Shown here: piece after piece, positions 1-9,890 of the stretch
Numbering within the stretch: the first letter of the stretch is position 1
Layout: each line of letters opens with the position of its first letter
Source: Dimargaris cristalligena
Lineage: Eukaryota
Reading direction: 5' to 3'
Length of the DNA: 33,984 nt
Assembly (NCBI GenBank): GCA_003614675.1
Contig: ML002398.1
Span: 1 to 33,984, forward strand
The notes under the pieces: generated by a model
What the model was told of the DNA's origin: nothing
The model's database searches: none
Seen by the model: the letters and a program-made list of their open reading frames with translations, nothing else
Made by a program: the position numbers and the translations under genes

Positions 1-332
1 AGACTGCTCCAGTTGGCCCTGATAAGGTTATCAGGCTATATTACCTTGTGGTATTAATTGCGACCACAATATATGCAAGTCTGTCGGCCCACCTAATCCT
101 CCCTAAATACGGGAATACTGATCATCCTATCTGATCTTGCCTTATTGCACTATATTCCTCTTCTCTTGCTATATAACCTACTATAACTGGGCCCCAATGC
201 TTCTCACACAATACTCCACTGGCTGATCCAACATTCCCCTATTCTTAGTGGAGTCTTCCAGAAGCAAGCCTGCCAGTCAAGGCCCCAACCCTCAACTCTT
301 CTTTAGTCATCACATTGCTCTTAAGGGCCCCT

Positions 333-604
333 TGTTATGAGAGGTCCCCGTGTATAAATAACCAGGCCCCTCTGGGACTGGTTCAGTTCCTTAGCTTATT
401 TCTTACCTCCATAGTTTACCCCAATAAACTCATTATATACTCACCCATTGTATTAACCAGTAAGTGTGCCCACTGCACATCCCTTGCATTAACCAGCCCT
501 CCCCCTTTATTGGTTAGTACCAATCCCTCCCTAATGCTAGTAGCCCGCTTAGCTAAGCCTAAGCCCTGCCTACCATTAGAAGCCTATCCCCGGGACTCTT
601 GACA
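333..604 (+). mobile_element. Probable retrotransposon long terminal repeat (272 bp); positions 1-332 may be decayed internal sequence
   Basis: Starts TGTTATGAG and ends CTCTTGACA (TG...CA with imperfect terminal inverted repeat). TATAAATA at 353-360 and AATAAA at 423-428. Only about 6 CpG in the first 600 bp. Flanking 5-mers differ (CCCCT/TACTA), so there is no solo-LTR target-site duplication. No second LTR or pol ORF is in the window. Confidence 0.45.
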
Positions 605-1333
605 TACTAAGAGTGGTGAATCTGGGTGACAAAGTCTTTGCGGTTTTATACTAATGGATGATTAAAAGACTTGCCAGGGTACCAGGGTATTAATAATTTC
701 AATTGTTGAGATGAAAATCTCAGTTTGTTTCTACATTAGCGCCAGATTCAAAACAAAGAGGTAATCATTTATGTCTTTTCTATCAATTTCCTATAGTTCA
801 TCAGGCATTGGTTGGAATTGTACGGAAACCCTGTGAATAACTCGACCCCCATTAGTCATTGGAGAGACTGTATCGTGCTTGACTAGGTTAGTACATAGAT
901 AGAACAACCGGTTCAGTCGGCATCCACCCCACGTCGGATAGGAATCTTCGTGTCTCTGTATAAATACAAAACATGTCTATTGTATAGGAAGGGTGCCTAA
1001 TTGTTGCTAGTATAAAATAGCAGCTATCAAGACCTAGTCTACCGGCTCTAACAGCGGATTTATGATTGACTTCGAACAACTCCATGTCCGCAGTTTAATT
1101 AAGACAAAGACGTCGATTGATATGCAAGACAATAGGTAGACAGGTTGGTATATTACATACTTAAGTGCACGATTAGCTTCTACTCAACCGCGTCATCAAG
1201 ATTTCCAATAAAATATATGGATATTTATTGGCGCCGAATAAATGTGAGATTAAATATTGGTTACCAATTCCAAATTAGTAAATTAGAAGGGTAGTGAGGA
1301 TACCAGGGCATGAACAAAGTGTCGGTGATCCAT

Positions 1334-2260
1334 TTAGTAGCCGCCGTGGCCATGGCCATGACCATAGTCGCCCCCGTGGCCGGAACCGCCACCATAGCCG
1401 GAGCCATGTCCACCGTGACCGTGTCCTTCATGCCCGCGGTCGTGGTCACCGCCATGGCCGCCGTGACCGCCATGACCATGGCCGTAATCGCCCCCATGAC
1501 CATGACCACTATCGTAATCGCGGCCGTGACCGCCGTGACCATGCCCGCCACTGCCACCATAACCGTATCCATCACCACGACGGTAAGCGGAGTGGCCGCC
1601 GCCGTGGCCCCCATGACCGGATCCTTTACCACCGTGACCATGTCCGTAGTCTCCGCCATGGCCACCACCGCTATGGCCGTGTCCTTCATGCCCGCGATCA
1701 TAACCACCACCGTTCCCACCGTGGCCGCCGTTACCACCATGACCACCATTCCCGCCGTGGCCGGAACCGCCGCCGTGGCTCGACCAGTGCCCGCCATGAC
1801 TATATTCGAATTCGTGACCGTGGCCACCGTGTCCGTGTCCGTGTCCGCCATTGCCGCCGTAACCGTATCCATCACCACGGCGATAAATCGAGTGGCCGCC
1901 GCCGTAACCGGAGCCATGGCCACCATGTCCGTGGTTATAATCACCGCCATGACCGCCATGTCCCGGACCGCCACCATGACCGGAGCCGTGGCCACCGTGA
2001 CCGTGTTCTTCGTGGCCGCGGTCGTAGCCACCTCCATGGCCGCCGTGACCACCGTGCCCGCCGTTTCCACCATGACCGCCGTGGCCATGGCCATAATCGC
2101 CTCCGTGACCGTGGCCGTAATCACCTCCGTGGCCACCATGCGAGTAGCCCGAGCCGTAGCCGTCACCACGAACCACGAGGCTGTCGGGGGAGGGAGCGGC
2201 CATGGTACTGGCGGCCATGACACTGGCGAAGAGAGCGACGAATACTGCGTTGATCTTCAT
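1334..2260 (-). CDS. Secreted Gly/His/Tyr-rich repeat protein (308 aa), putative Kex2-processed precursor with three modules
   Basis: Intronless ORF. Signal-peptide-like N-terminus MKINAVFVALFASVMAASTMA, short pro-segment ending VVR, modules beginning GDGYG after R or YRR, C-terminus HGGY. Paralogue at 24002-24712. Confidence 0.9.
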   Translation of the reverse strand: MKINAVFVALFASVMAASTMAAPSPDSLVVRGDGYGSGYSHGGHGGDYGHGHGGDYGHGHGGHGGNGGHGGHGGHGGGYDRGHEEHGHGGHGSGHGGGPGHGGHGGDYNHGHGGHGSGYGGGHSIYRRGDGYGYGGNGGHGHGHGGHGHEFEYSHGGHWSSHGGGSGHGGNGGHGGNGGHGGNGGGYDRGHEGHGHSGGGHGGDYGHGHGGKGSGHGGHGGGHSAYRRGDGYGYGGSGGHGHGGHGRDYDSGHGHGGDYGHGHGGHGGHGGDHDRGHEGHGHGGHGSGYGGGSGHGGDYGHGHGHGGY

Positions 2261-2540
2261 CGTGGGAGAGTTTGGGATCGAAAATTAAAGATTAGAGTTT
2301 GTGGACTAGAGATATTGAATATTGGGAGAATTGGATCGGCCAAACTGAACTAGGATAAGGTGAGTAATGGATTGATTCACGTGGATGTAGGGATATTGTC
2401 TGAAGTTATCAAATAAGGGGGTACCAAAGTTTGCAAGTGCTGCAACAACTAGATCCAATGGATCTTGTAGAGAAGATGTAAGAGTAAAGTGAAGGAATGA
2501 GCAGAAGCTTGGTGTTCCAATGAAGGCCGAAACATGTCCC

Positions 2541-2547
2541 TTTTATA
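2541..2547 (-). promoter_or_regulatory. Candidate TATA box of the Gly/His-rich gene
   Basis: TATAAAA on the minus strand about 280 bp upstream of the ATG. The paralogue has TATATATA at a similar distance (25039-25046). Confidence 0.4.
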
Positions 2548-4841
2548 ATAAACCAACATTTGCGGCACCTCGCAAAATACCCTGCGACTGCTCCCTTGTT
2601 CAGCTACCAATGTGGCAAGGCTACCTCCCTGAAACTCAGACAATTCCAGCACACCTCTCGGCAACTAAAAGAGCCAATGACCAATGCGCCATTCATACCT
2701 ACCCCTTGTTTTAACGACGGTGTTCGAAAAAGCTTCCACTCGACACCTACTATTGAATCGGGAGCACCTACTATTCCCCCTCTCCGCCAGAAAACTCTGC
2801 TATAATAGCTAACTGGACCAACTGATAGTCATATTAAAAGGGGAAGAGACGCCTGATTGGAGAAAGCGGGCGTTCATTGCGGATAACATGGCCAATGACC
2901 ATGTCGGTGCCTATTCAGTTAATTAAATCGTGGATTTAAAAGGGGTAAGGTACCAAAGTGAATCTGATGTCGAATGAAACGCCTTCCCCCCTCAGTGCAA
3001 GTTGGCTCTAGCCGAGGCATCCATTACTTACTTTCCAATCTCTCCTTGCTCTTCTCCATATCTCTATGTTGGGGTAAAGTATTGCTTTCGTTACGGCGAA
3101 GTCCTTAATGAATTCCCCTGTAACAGATGCATTAATCTGGAACGCCCCATGTACCCCTATTTATTAATATCGCCTGATATCCATTCTCCCCGGTTATGGT
3201 GAGCCACAGGTGATGATTAAAGTCCACCTGGCTTCGCTAAATCAATGGACTTCCTTGCTTGGTGGGGCCCGTCTGTGACTTGCTTCTTTGCCTCAAATCA
3301 GCGAAGCCACAGGCGGATTATAAGACAGTTCCATGGATGTGTGTGGGTGTGTAGGGGGGAGGTGAGTGCTACTGTAAAGAAAGCCTGAACACCTACTACC
3401 AAGGATAAGTCGAACGACTCCTCCCATTAAACCATCTGGTATCCCCCTATGGTGAATACTCCTTGTTCCGATATCTAGTACTGAACACTCGGCATTCCTA
3501 CAGCCTTAGCCCTGGTAAAAAGCATTGATGACGCCTTTCGCCCAAACTGACCAGTCACAGACACGGGTTTCAGTAGCCCTGGAACACGTTGTCGACGCGC
3601 TATTTTCCCCACACCCATACTATAAATGGGAATCGTGACTGCTGGTTCCCTGTCCCGTTACGGAACAGCTGCAAAACAGAGCGGATAGAAAGTAGACATG
3701 GGGGTTGACTGCCATGTGCTACCTAGTTTGGACCCCCTTTGCTCACCCCTCCTCCTGTACCTGATTTAGCTTTATTTGAAAAGTACTACATTGTCATTCT
3801 TGCACCAACGTACATGTACATACAGATGCTCATAGGATATCTGATGATTCAATCGTATTCGTGGTGGCAGGAGATTGGGACATTCAGGCGACAAGTGGGA
3901 GAAGTTCAGCCAAGCTGTATAACGAAAAATCCATTATATTCGGCCAATATTACTAGTTAAAAATATATTTCCTATATATTCACCCATACACATATAATGT
4001 AAACCCTTATATAGCTGGGCTGAATTTCACCCATGTAGATTATTCACCAGCATTGTTCACAATCTTTATTTCCCGCGATTGCTACCCCCACTGTGGCCCT
4101 AAGCTATGAAAAGGGGAATAGTTCCCAGGGCGGAAATGGGGTATATTAGACAGGGGAAGCGCCATGGAGCGACGTGATGACGAGGAGTGGGGCTACTGGT
4201 CAAATTCTTCCGAGTATTATAAGGCGGGTAAAGCGGAGAAGTATCTGGTGGGAATTCAATTAATGAAGTAGTGCTAAATGAGTCGCGCATTAATTAATAG
4301 AAGGCTTTTTAGAAGAAAGCTCATGCTCCACTATGAAGTCATGATGGACCCCCCCATGAACTTCATGAATTCGGGGAACTTAATTTGTAGATATTAGGGG
4401 CATGGGCCCACCCCGTAAAGGATTTAGTCAGGCACACCTAAACCCTAGTAAAGCTCCACTTTGACAAGGCAACCTGGCGTCAGCCTGGGAACACCCAGTG
4501 GGTTATTCCCGCCCTTCCAACCTTCGGAACCAAAACCAATACAATGGCCTGTTATTACGGCAAGTCGAATTTGTCACCAAATCGGGGTTTTTATTGCGTG
4601 ATGGTGATGGGAGAAGGTCGTATATTAAAAATCTGCAATTGACAGTGGAAAAAATAGAAGGAGGCTTTTCCTGGAGGGTCGTGGTCAAAGTACATGCTCA
4701 ACCAGCCATTTCTAGACAGTTGGCTGGCTAACAGGCGGATACCATGGCAGCTTTCGTGCTTTTTCCCTCGTTTTTGTTTTGTTTTTTTCATCGAAGACCC
4801 CAAACAAATAATAAATAAATAAATAGGGTGGAAGAAATGAT

Positions 4842-6393
4842 TTAGGCGTCCTTGCCCACAATGTCTTTCCAGCTTTGATCACCAAGCAGCTCAACCACCT
4901 CATCCTTTATCCGGCGCGGTAGGCCCGGTCCGTCGTAGACCATGGAAGTATAAAGCTGCACAGCAGAGGCACCTGCGCGGGCCAGGGCCACGGCATCGGC
5001 ACCCGAGCTAACGCCACCGCAGCCAATCAAAGGAATACGGCCATCGGTCAACTGGTACATTTGGCGAACCGTCCGTAGGGCCAGGTCCCGCACCGGCAGG
5101 CCCGATAGACCACCCTTTTCTTGGAAATTCTGGGCGCTCGACTCGCTTAGGGGTAGCAGTTGCCGGGGGCGCTGGGTCGTGGTATTCGAGATGATGATAC
5201 CGTCAACTCGGGCGGTTAAGGCAGCATCGGCGATTTCGCGAAGCTCGGCCTCACTGAGATCGGGGGAAATCTTTACTACCAGGGGGGGCTGGTGGCCATT
5301 CAGTTGGTTACGAGTTGATACCACCTAACCCATCAACAATGACGTTCCGCAAAATATATATTTGAAATAAAATTAGTACCGGTTAATACGCGATATTACA
5401 CTTAGTAAAGGGGGGATATCCTAGTATAACATGAATGCGGTTTAGTAGAGTGGATGCGACTCCAAGACCATGACCTACCTGTTTCAATAGAGACACCAAT
5501 CGACCCTCCTTCTGCTGTTCCCGCTGGCCGGGGGTGTTGGGGCAGCTCACATTTACCACCAGGTAGTCGGCTAGATGGCCAAACCGCTTGACGCCCTCCA
5601 CGTAATCTTCGTAAGAATCGGTCGGAGAATCGGTGTTTTTACCCAGATTGATACCCAAAAGACGGCCCGAGCGACCCGAACGGTAGGATTTTTCGATTGG
5701 CTCTTCAGTTCCACTGGTTTCAGGATCCAACGACTGGTTGCTAATAACGTGGCCCCAGTAACGGTGCATCAGGCGATCGTAAGCCGCGGCGTGACCCTCG
5801 GAGTTGAAGCCATACCGATTAATGACAGCCCGGGCCTCTGGGATACGGAAAACACGGGGCCGGGGGTTGCCAGGTTGGGGGCGTGGGGTGATACTGCCAA
5901 CCTCGACTAGGCCAAATCCCAGATCAAACATAGCATCCACGGCCTCGGCGTGCTTATCAAAGCCCGCCGCCAAACCCAGGGGGTTGGTCAGCGTATGACC
6001 CCACAGTTCCATTTCGAGGGCCGAGTCCTCACGGTCCCGCCGGGGATCTTTAGGACTCAGGCCGTAGCTCGCCAGCTGAATCGAGAGACGGTGGACGTCT
6101 TCGGGGTCCAATAGCCGCATGAGTGGCATAATCACGTAGGGGTAAATGCCGGCCTGGGAATCCATTAGGTAGAAGGACCCGAACGTGGCCCCCAGAACGA
6201 GCCCGGCGGTGACTAGACCCCGCCGAGTCGATGCCACCCCACGCTTCACGGCCTGGGCCGCACCGTCCACGGGACCGGTCGAGATCCGGACATTGGCTCT
6301 GAAGAAGGCGGAGCTGTGCAGAGCCTGGTGCTGGGGTCGGAACAGGGACGCACCCCGGCGTGAGGTCAAGGCAGCTGTACGAGTAAAAAGCAT
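4842..6393 (-). CDS. URA9: Mitochondrial class-2 dihydroorotate dehydrogenase (about 465 aa)
   Basis: Exons 6393-5479 and 5324-4842, GTAGGT...TAG phase-0 intron. Arg-rich presequence and TM anchor. Motifs DPEDVH, NPLGLAAGFDK, VEVGSITPRPQPGNPRPRVFR, INRYGFNSEG, NLGKN, NVSCPNTPG, VKISPDL, SNTT, GGLSG, ASAVQLYT. Confidence 0.97.
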
Positions 6394-7033
6394 GGCGGGG
6401 AAACGAGTTGGACAAGACGGAGAAATATAAAGCTAGTTGTCTGTTGATGCAGTTACACGGCCGAAAGCAGCAGAGCAAAGCGGGATTGAAACTCCAAACT
6501 GGTGTGACTGAGGGGCGTTAAGGAAAAATAAGAATTTGGGCCAATGTGGTTGCGGCTGTAAGTGGAATGTGGGCCCTCGCGGTGAGAGTGGCATACTACA
6601 GCTACCCAGATAGTTTAACAGTGGTGCGGAGCGCATTGTCTTTACTATAGCTCGTTTTTCTAGCATCAATTAGGACGCCGCGCTCCCGTTGCCCCAATGG
6701 GGATGAAAAATGGTACTTAGCCTCACTTTATCCTCCCATCCTAGTGGACTTGACCAACCGGAGGGCACCCCATGTGGCCTCATGAACCATTGGCAGAGGC
6801 TGAAACCCACCATCACTAAACTTATCTATACTCCACCCCACATTATAACAAGGTAGAGTAGGCTCAATTTATGGCTTAGATTCACAACTAGGGCACAAAG
6901 ACTCCATGGTGATTCCATTACTCACTATCCCCTCCATATTTCATCCTTTGATTCAATTGAGATCCTCTCACCTGCTTCTATTTACTCACTTTTCTCCATT
7001 CCCCCATTCCACCCTCCCAGTAAATCTTCCACC

Positions 7034-7377
7034 ATGCCTTCCAAAATCGCCAGCCGTACCTCGTTGAACAAGTTCAACCGCGTGATCTACAACACTCTCT
7101 TCAAGCGCAACTCTATGTTCATCGGTACCATCATGGCCTCGGCCTTTATCTTCCAACTGTCCTTCGACAATGTCGTCAATGGCTGGTTCGCCCGCCGGAA
7201 CGCTGGTGTAAGTCTATAGTGCCATAATACGTCCCATTCCCCTCGACTTGGGTTCGGTAACATACTGTCCAACAGAAAATATACATTACTAACCCAATAA
7301 GCCACCCCCGCCTTTCTCCTACTATTTAATCCAAATAGAAATCCTTCGAGGAAGTTCACTCCCGTTTCGTCCAGTAA
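7034..7377 (+). CDS. QCR9: Cytochrome bc1 complex subunit 9 (70 aa)
   Basis: Exons 7034-7207 and 7339-7377. GTAAGT donor, TACTAAC branch, TAG acceptor. Protein IYNTLFKRNSMFIGTIMASAFIFQLSFD...WFARRNAG|KSFEEV matches the UQCR10/QCR9 pattern. Confidence 0.93.
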
Positions 7378-8326
7378 ATATCACCGGGCCGACTGACTCT
7401 ACAACACATACCCCCGGCGGCCTTGGGTCCAATGTTCTCGTTTTATACGCTAACCTGCCCCCTCCTGAACTTTTATTGCGAATTGGTTAGTCGACTTTCG
7501 CTATCCGCTTAGTGGAGTCTGTAATAAATCAACACTAGATTCTATAATAGTACTCTACTGTAAAACCAATATACAGTCTAGGTACGGCAATGGGCATGCG
7601 GCGCTGTTCTTAGCCTTATTTGGTGCAATATATTTGCCCGATAACTCTAGCATAAACGCATTGGCAACGAGACGTTATTAGACAGGCTTGGAATATTCCT
7701 TAGAGCTGGGATTTTAAAAGGATTGGGTTAGAGGAGTTTCAGTTAGGCTGTTTAACGAATGGTTTGTTTGGCGAGACTAGGATTGCCGGATAAAAATAAC
7801 TATATCATCCATTTGACCATACACTTCATTAAATATATATTACTGCTGTAATAATTTTCACACATTTATATATATATATTTGGGCCAATTATGTTAATTC
7901 CAAGAAGAAACCATATCACCAACCTCAATTAAGATACATATTTTATTGAATTATTATATACACCAGTTTTCGGATATATTTCTTTAACCACCCATTCGCT
8001 TATAAGCGATATATAAGGGTATAGACGAAAGTAACAGGGACTCCTTGAGTCTGTTATTATTGACTCGACCTGATAGATTTGTTCGTTTTCTATTACAAGT
8101 AATCTATTAGTCCTTAAGCAAAAAGGTACTGTTCTGCCTCTCCAAAAGAGAAGCCATTGCTCCGACTTCCCAGCCCCCATCGTAAGCAGATAGGTGGTTT
8201 GGCCCCACGGCCCCCCATCTAAGTCCTCGCTAAATTATCCTGGTCTCCCAGGTCCTGACACTACACTTGTAGATTCAACGGTCGAATTTTGAAATCCTTG
8301 ATCAAAACCAACAAAATATAAAAATA

Positions 8327-8400
8327 CGCTCCTGGGTGGGCTTGAACCACCAACCTCCTGATTAACAGTCAGACGCGCTAGCCAATTGCGCCACAGAAGC
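8327..8400 (-). tRNA. tRNA-Asn(GTT), intronless
   Basis: GCTTCTG/CAGGAGC acceptor stem, A-box TGGCGCAATTGG, anticodon arm TCTGA-CTGTTAA-TCAGG, T-loop GGTTCAAGCC, followed by a TTTTT Pol III terminator. Confidence 0.97.
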
Positions 8401-8674
8401 TTATTGATATAATTATCTGTATGTATTATATATGTCAAAATAACTTGACTCGGCCTAGTAATGCTGACTAACAAAAGCTGTACTCCACTTCTTCAAATAT
8501 GGCGGGTTCATAGGTTGTATATTCCAATCCCGACTAGACCCGTTTGTGATTCCCCGTAACAGCTTCCATTTATTCGCCATTCTATTACACTCTCCTTCAA
8601 CGTTATACCTCCTTTCATTATCGACTTTTTATTATTATCACCTTTACTCCGTATTTCCCATACCATTAAACTAA

Positions 8675-9339
8675 ATGGTAAGATACGATGAGGGGTCATC
8701 CGGAACCTATTTTCACTTTTCGACATTGCCTCAGTACACCACTGGTAATCGGCCCGTCTTGTTAGGGCCCGCTTAATTCCACACGACCGAGTCTAACCCT
8801 ATCTGTAACGCACTCTATTTCTTGATGTATGCCCCCGACGGTTTGTCACACCTGTCTTGCGACCGGCGAATTCCGCGAATTCCTCCCTACCCCCTTAACT
8901 ACAGTCTTCCGCTTTGTCCATCATCCCGCAGGGCACCACCATCCCCCAGGCCAGTATTGCCGCCACAGCCACTGAATACGGTACCCATGACACCCTCCGC
9001 CATGGACTCCGCACTCTCCAGCACGAGATCGTCGCTACCCACCCTTTGGAAGCTCCCCTCAAGGACTGGCACCGGACCCGGGACCAGCTCCACCTGAACC
9101 TCCAGCGCCGCATGTACGGTTTGCACGCCCCGTTGCGTTTGACTATGGAACGTCGGATCGTAGCCAACATTAACCGGTTCCAAAACCCCGCGTCGTTGAA
9201 ACATTCCAACCTTGGCTTGGATATTCTCACCGGGCGTGATGAAACTCTGGATGTGGAAGATTTCCTGGGTGATGTGGAGTACCGTAAACCCACGACCGAT
9301 ATCCATGCGGCCCTTGCCCGTCAGCTCAACCTGTCGTAA
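8675..9339 (+). CDS. UMP1: Proteasome maturation factor Ump1/POMP (about 145 aa)
   Basis: ATG-only first coding exon 8675-8677 (ATG|GTAAGA), intron to CAG 8904, exon 8905-9339. Motifs HDTLRHG, HPLE, LQRRMYGLHAPLRLTME, LDILTGRDETLDVEDFL. Confidence 0.92.
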
Positions 9340-9890
9340 AGTGGGTGGTGTAATTGTATGAGGGTTGAATACAGTCGTTTCAGTTAAATGAACCTACACT
9401 GTAGCTTCCCTCTACTGGATTGCTCTGAGCTCCCAACCAAATGTACCATGTCTTTTTCTTCTCCTATTCACGCAATTTAAATGCGTTAGCGCACGGAAAT
9501 CCAATTACCCTTAAACATGTTGCTACTGTAGCCCCCGATTCCATTTTACTAAAGCCGCACTTTACTCTATGAATATGATTCGATTATTAGATCCCGGAAA
9601 GGAATGATAATATATAATGCGACTACTGGCGTCCAAGATTGGCTGAGCCCCGTGGTACTGGGTTAGATAATATCGAAATAATATTTCGGCCAACCAGTTC
9701 CGGCATTGCGTCCGGCATATTTCAATTAAATGCACTCATAACCTTATGAAAATACTCCAGTAAATATAGCCATTTAGAAAACATTTATAGTCTATCCGTT
9801 TTGTAGACAGATGAAAATAGTTTTATTGAGGCCTGGACAAATCAAATAGAGTAACACAGGTACAGTCTGGTTGTTTTTCACCCTAGGGTA

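Noticed and set aside
1560..2175. RGD integrin-binding tripeptides at each module junction
   Set aside because: RGD arises from the R|GDGYG cleavage context and would be destroyed by processing. There is no independent support for an adhesion role.
1261..2353. Three further long ORFs (Ala/Val/Thr/Met-rich and Arg/His-rich) overlapping the Gly/His gene
   Set aside because: Shadow frames: GGC/GGT/CAC/CAT codon repeats contain no stops in other frames. Only the 1334-2260 frame has a signal peptide and a matching paralogue architecture.
4333..4366. Small imperfect hairpin ATGAAGTCATG...CATGAACTTCAT
   Set aside because: Short, single copy, with no TSD or ncRNA context. Compatible with chance.
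8794..8802. CTAACCCTA resembling a telomerase RNA template
   Set aside because: A nine-base match inside a short intron, overlapping an ordinary CTAAC branch-like motif, with no other telomerase RNA features.
8892..8904. CCTTAAC close to the UMP1 acceptor, resembling a U12 branch point
   Set aside because: The donor is GTAAGA (U2-type). No GTATCCTT or ATATCCTT 5' site is present.
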